Source: Naegleria gruberi (lineage: Eukaryota). Taken from it: DNA of 64,000 nt. A program made the position numbers and the translations under genes. Shown in pieces: positions 63,790-64,000 of the stretch (position 1 is its first letter; every line of letters begins with the position of its first letter). The stretch lies in the NCBI GenBank assembly GCA_000004985.1, contig GG738901.1; one strand, written 5' to 3'. The notes under the pieces are model-generated. The model was given only the letters and a program-made list of their open reading frames with translations, made no database searches and was not told the DNA's origin.

Positions 63790-64000
63790 TCATTTGAATT
63801 TAATAATTCGTCCTGAACTAGCAATCAATAATTCGCCAGAACGTTCATCCAAACAAATTCCAGTAATTTTCCCATCCATTTTGTGTTCCTTTACAATTTC
63901 CAAATCGCTTCTTCTCAAAACTAAAACGCTATCAGTAAAGGTATTGGTAAGAATAATATATTGTCTTGATGAGTCATAAACTATTCCATAAAAGTCACTT
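63790..64000 (-). CDS. 3' end of a gene continuing beyond the window; beta-propeller-like repeat text (…SDFYGIVYDSSRQYIILTNTFTDSVLVLRRSDLEIVKEHKMDGKITGICLDERSGELLIASSGRIIKFK*)
   Basis: The minus-strand frame is open from the window edge to the TGA at 63792-63790. The pattern of alternating hydrophobic residues with D/G turns is typical of NHL/YVTN-like blades. Confidence 0.35.
   Translation of the reverse strand, partial: SDFYGIVYDSSRQYIILTNTFTDSVLVLRRSDLEIVKEHKMDGKITGICLDERSGELLIASSGRIIKFK

Noticed and set aside
1-64000. Giant-virus (Mimiviridae-like) or bacterial origin, suggested by the AT-richness, long intron-less-looking ORFs and tRNA genes
   Set aside because: Several genes require canonical GT…AG spliceosomal introns to complete conserved motifs. 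The tRNAs are eukaryote-type with internal A/B boxes and T-run terminators. The gene content is typical of a nuclear genome: 14-3-3, La, G-alpha, PARG, RING/B-box, F-box/LRR. No CRISPR array, operon structure, Shine-Dalgarno pattern or virion gene was seen.

Overview
This window is most consistent with nuclear DNA from a compact, AT-rich unicellular eukaryote (protist-like). Both strands are densely coding, and many proteins carry N/S/Q-rich low-complexity tracts. It is not a bacterial or viral locus: I traced about 16 spliceosomal introns by reading frames across GT...AG boundaries. They are short, 35-235 nt and mostly 44-131 nt. Donors are mostly GTAAGT, also GTAGGT, GTATGT, GTAAGG, GTAACG, GTAATA and, in the weaker calls, GTTTGT/GTTCGA. 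There are three eukaryote-type tRNA genes, two of them followed by T-runs. Recognisable proteins include 14-3-3, La, PARG, G-alpha, serpin and RING/B-box. I cannot name the organism from sequence alone. The supplied ORF track uses bacterial start rules (TTG/GTG written as M), so many of its N-termini are artefacts; where an A-rich-context ATG was evident I re-called the start. I describe about 38 protein-coding genes, and the main ones fall into four groups. (1) Confidently assigned: PARG, a divergent 14-3-3-like protein, gluconokinase, La, a PLP-dependent decarboxylase, a serpin with a polybasic reactive loop, and a UvrD-type helicase fused to a RecB-like nuclease. (2) Domain-level assignments: a 3-exon TM2-domain protein, a C2-domain protein, a TRIM-like RING/B-box protein, F-box/LRR paralogues, AT-hook proteins, and a DUF4116-repeat protein ending in a ubiquitin-like domain with a terminal LRGG. 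(3) A signalling neighbourhood at 29.8-42.0 kb: a 4-exon 7TM receptor, a divergent G-alpha, a roughly 2017-aa single gene encoding protein kinase + STAND P-loop NTPase + helical/GAF-like region + class III adenylyl cyclase, and a classical LRR protein. I consider this the most interesting block. (4) An 880-bp tandem segmental duplication of a Cys-rich membrane protein with a PPxY/PQ-rich tail. Non-coding observations are three tRNAs (Asn-like with an aberrant T-arm, Lys-TTT, Glu-TTC), a candidate U1-like snRNA whose 5' end is complementary to the GUAAGU donors, a dispersed 11-14-mer motif (CAA)CTTTCGAATA(A), and two short dispersed repeats. Several gene models have frame disruptions (an in-frame TAA, +1 shifts), which I report as uncertain rather than resolved.
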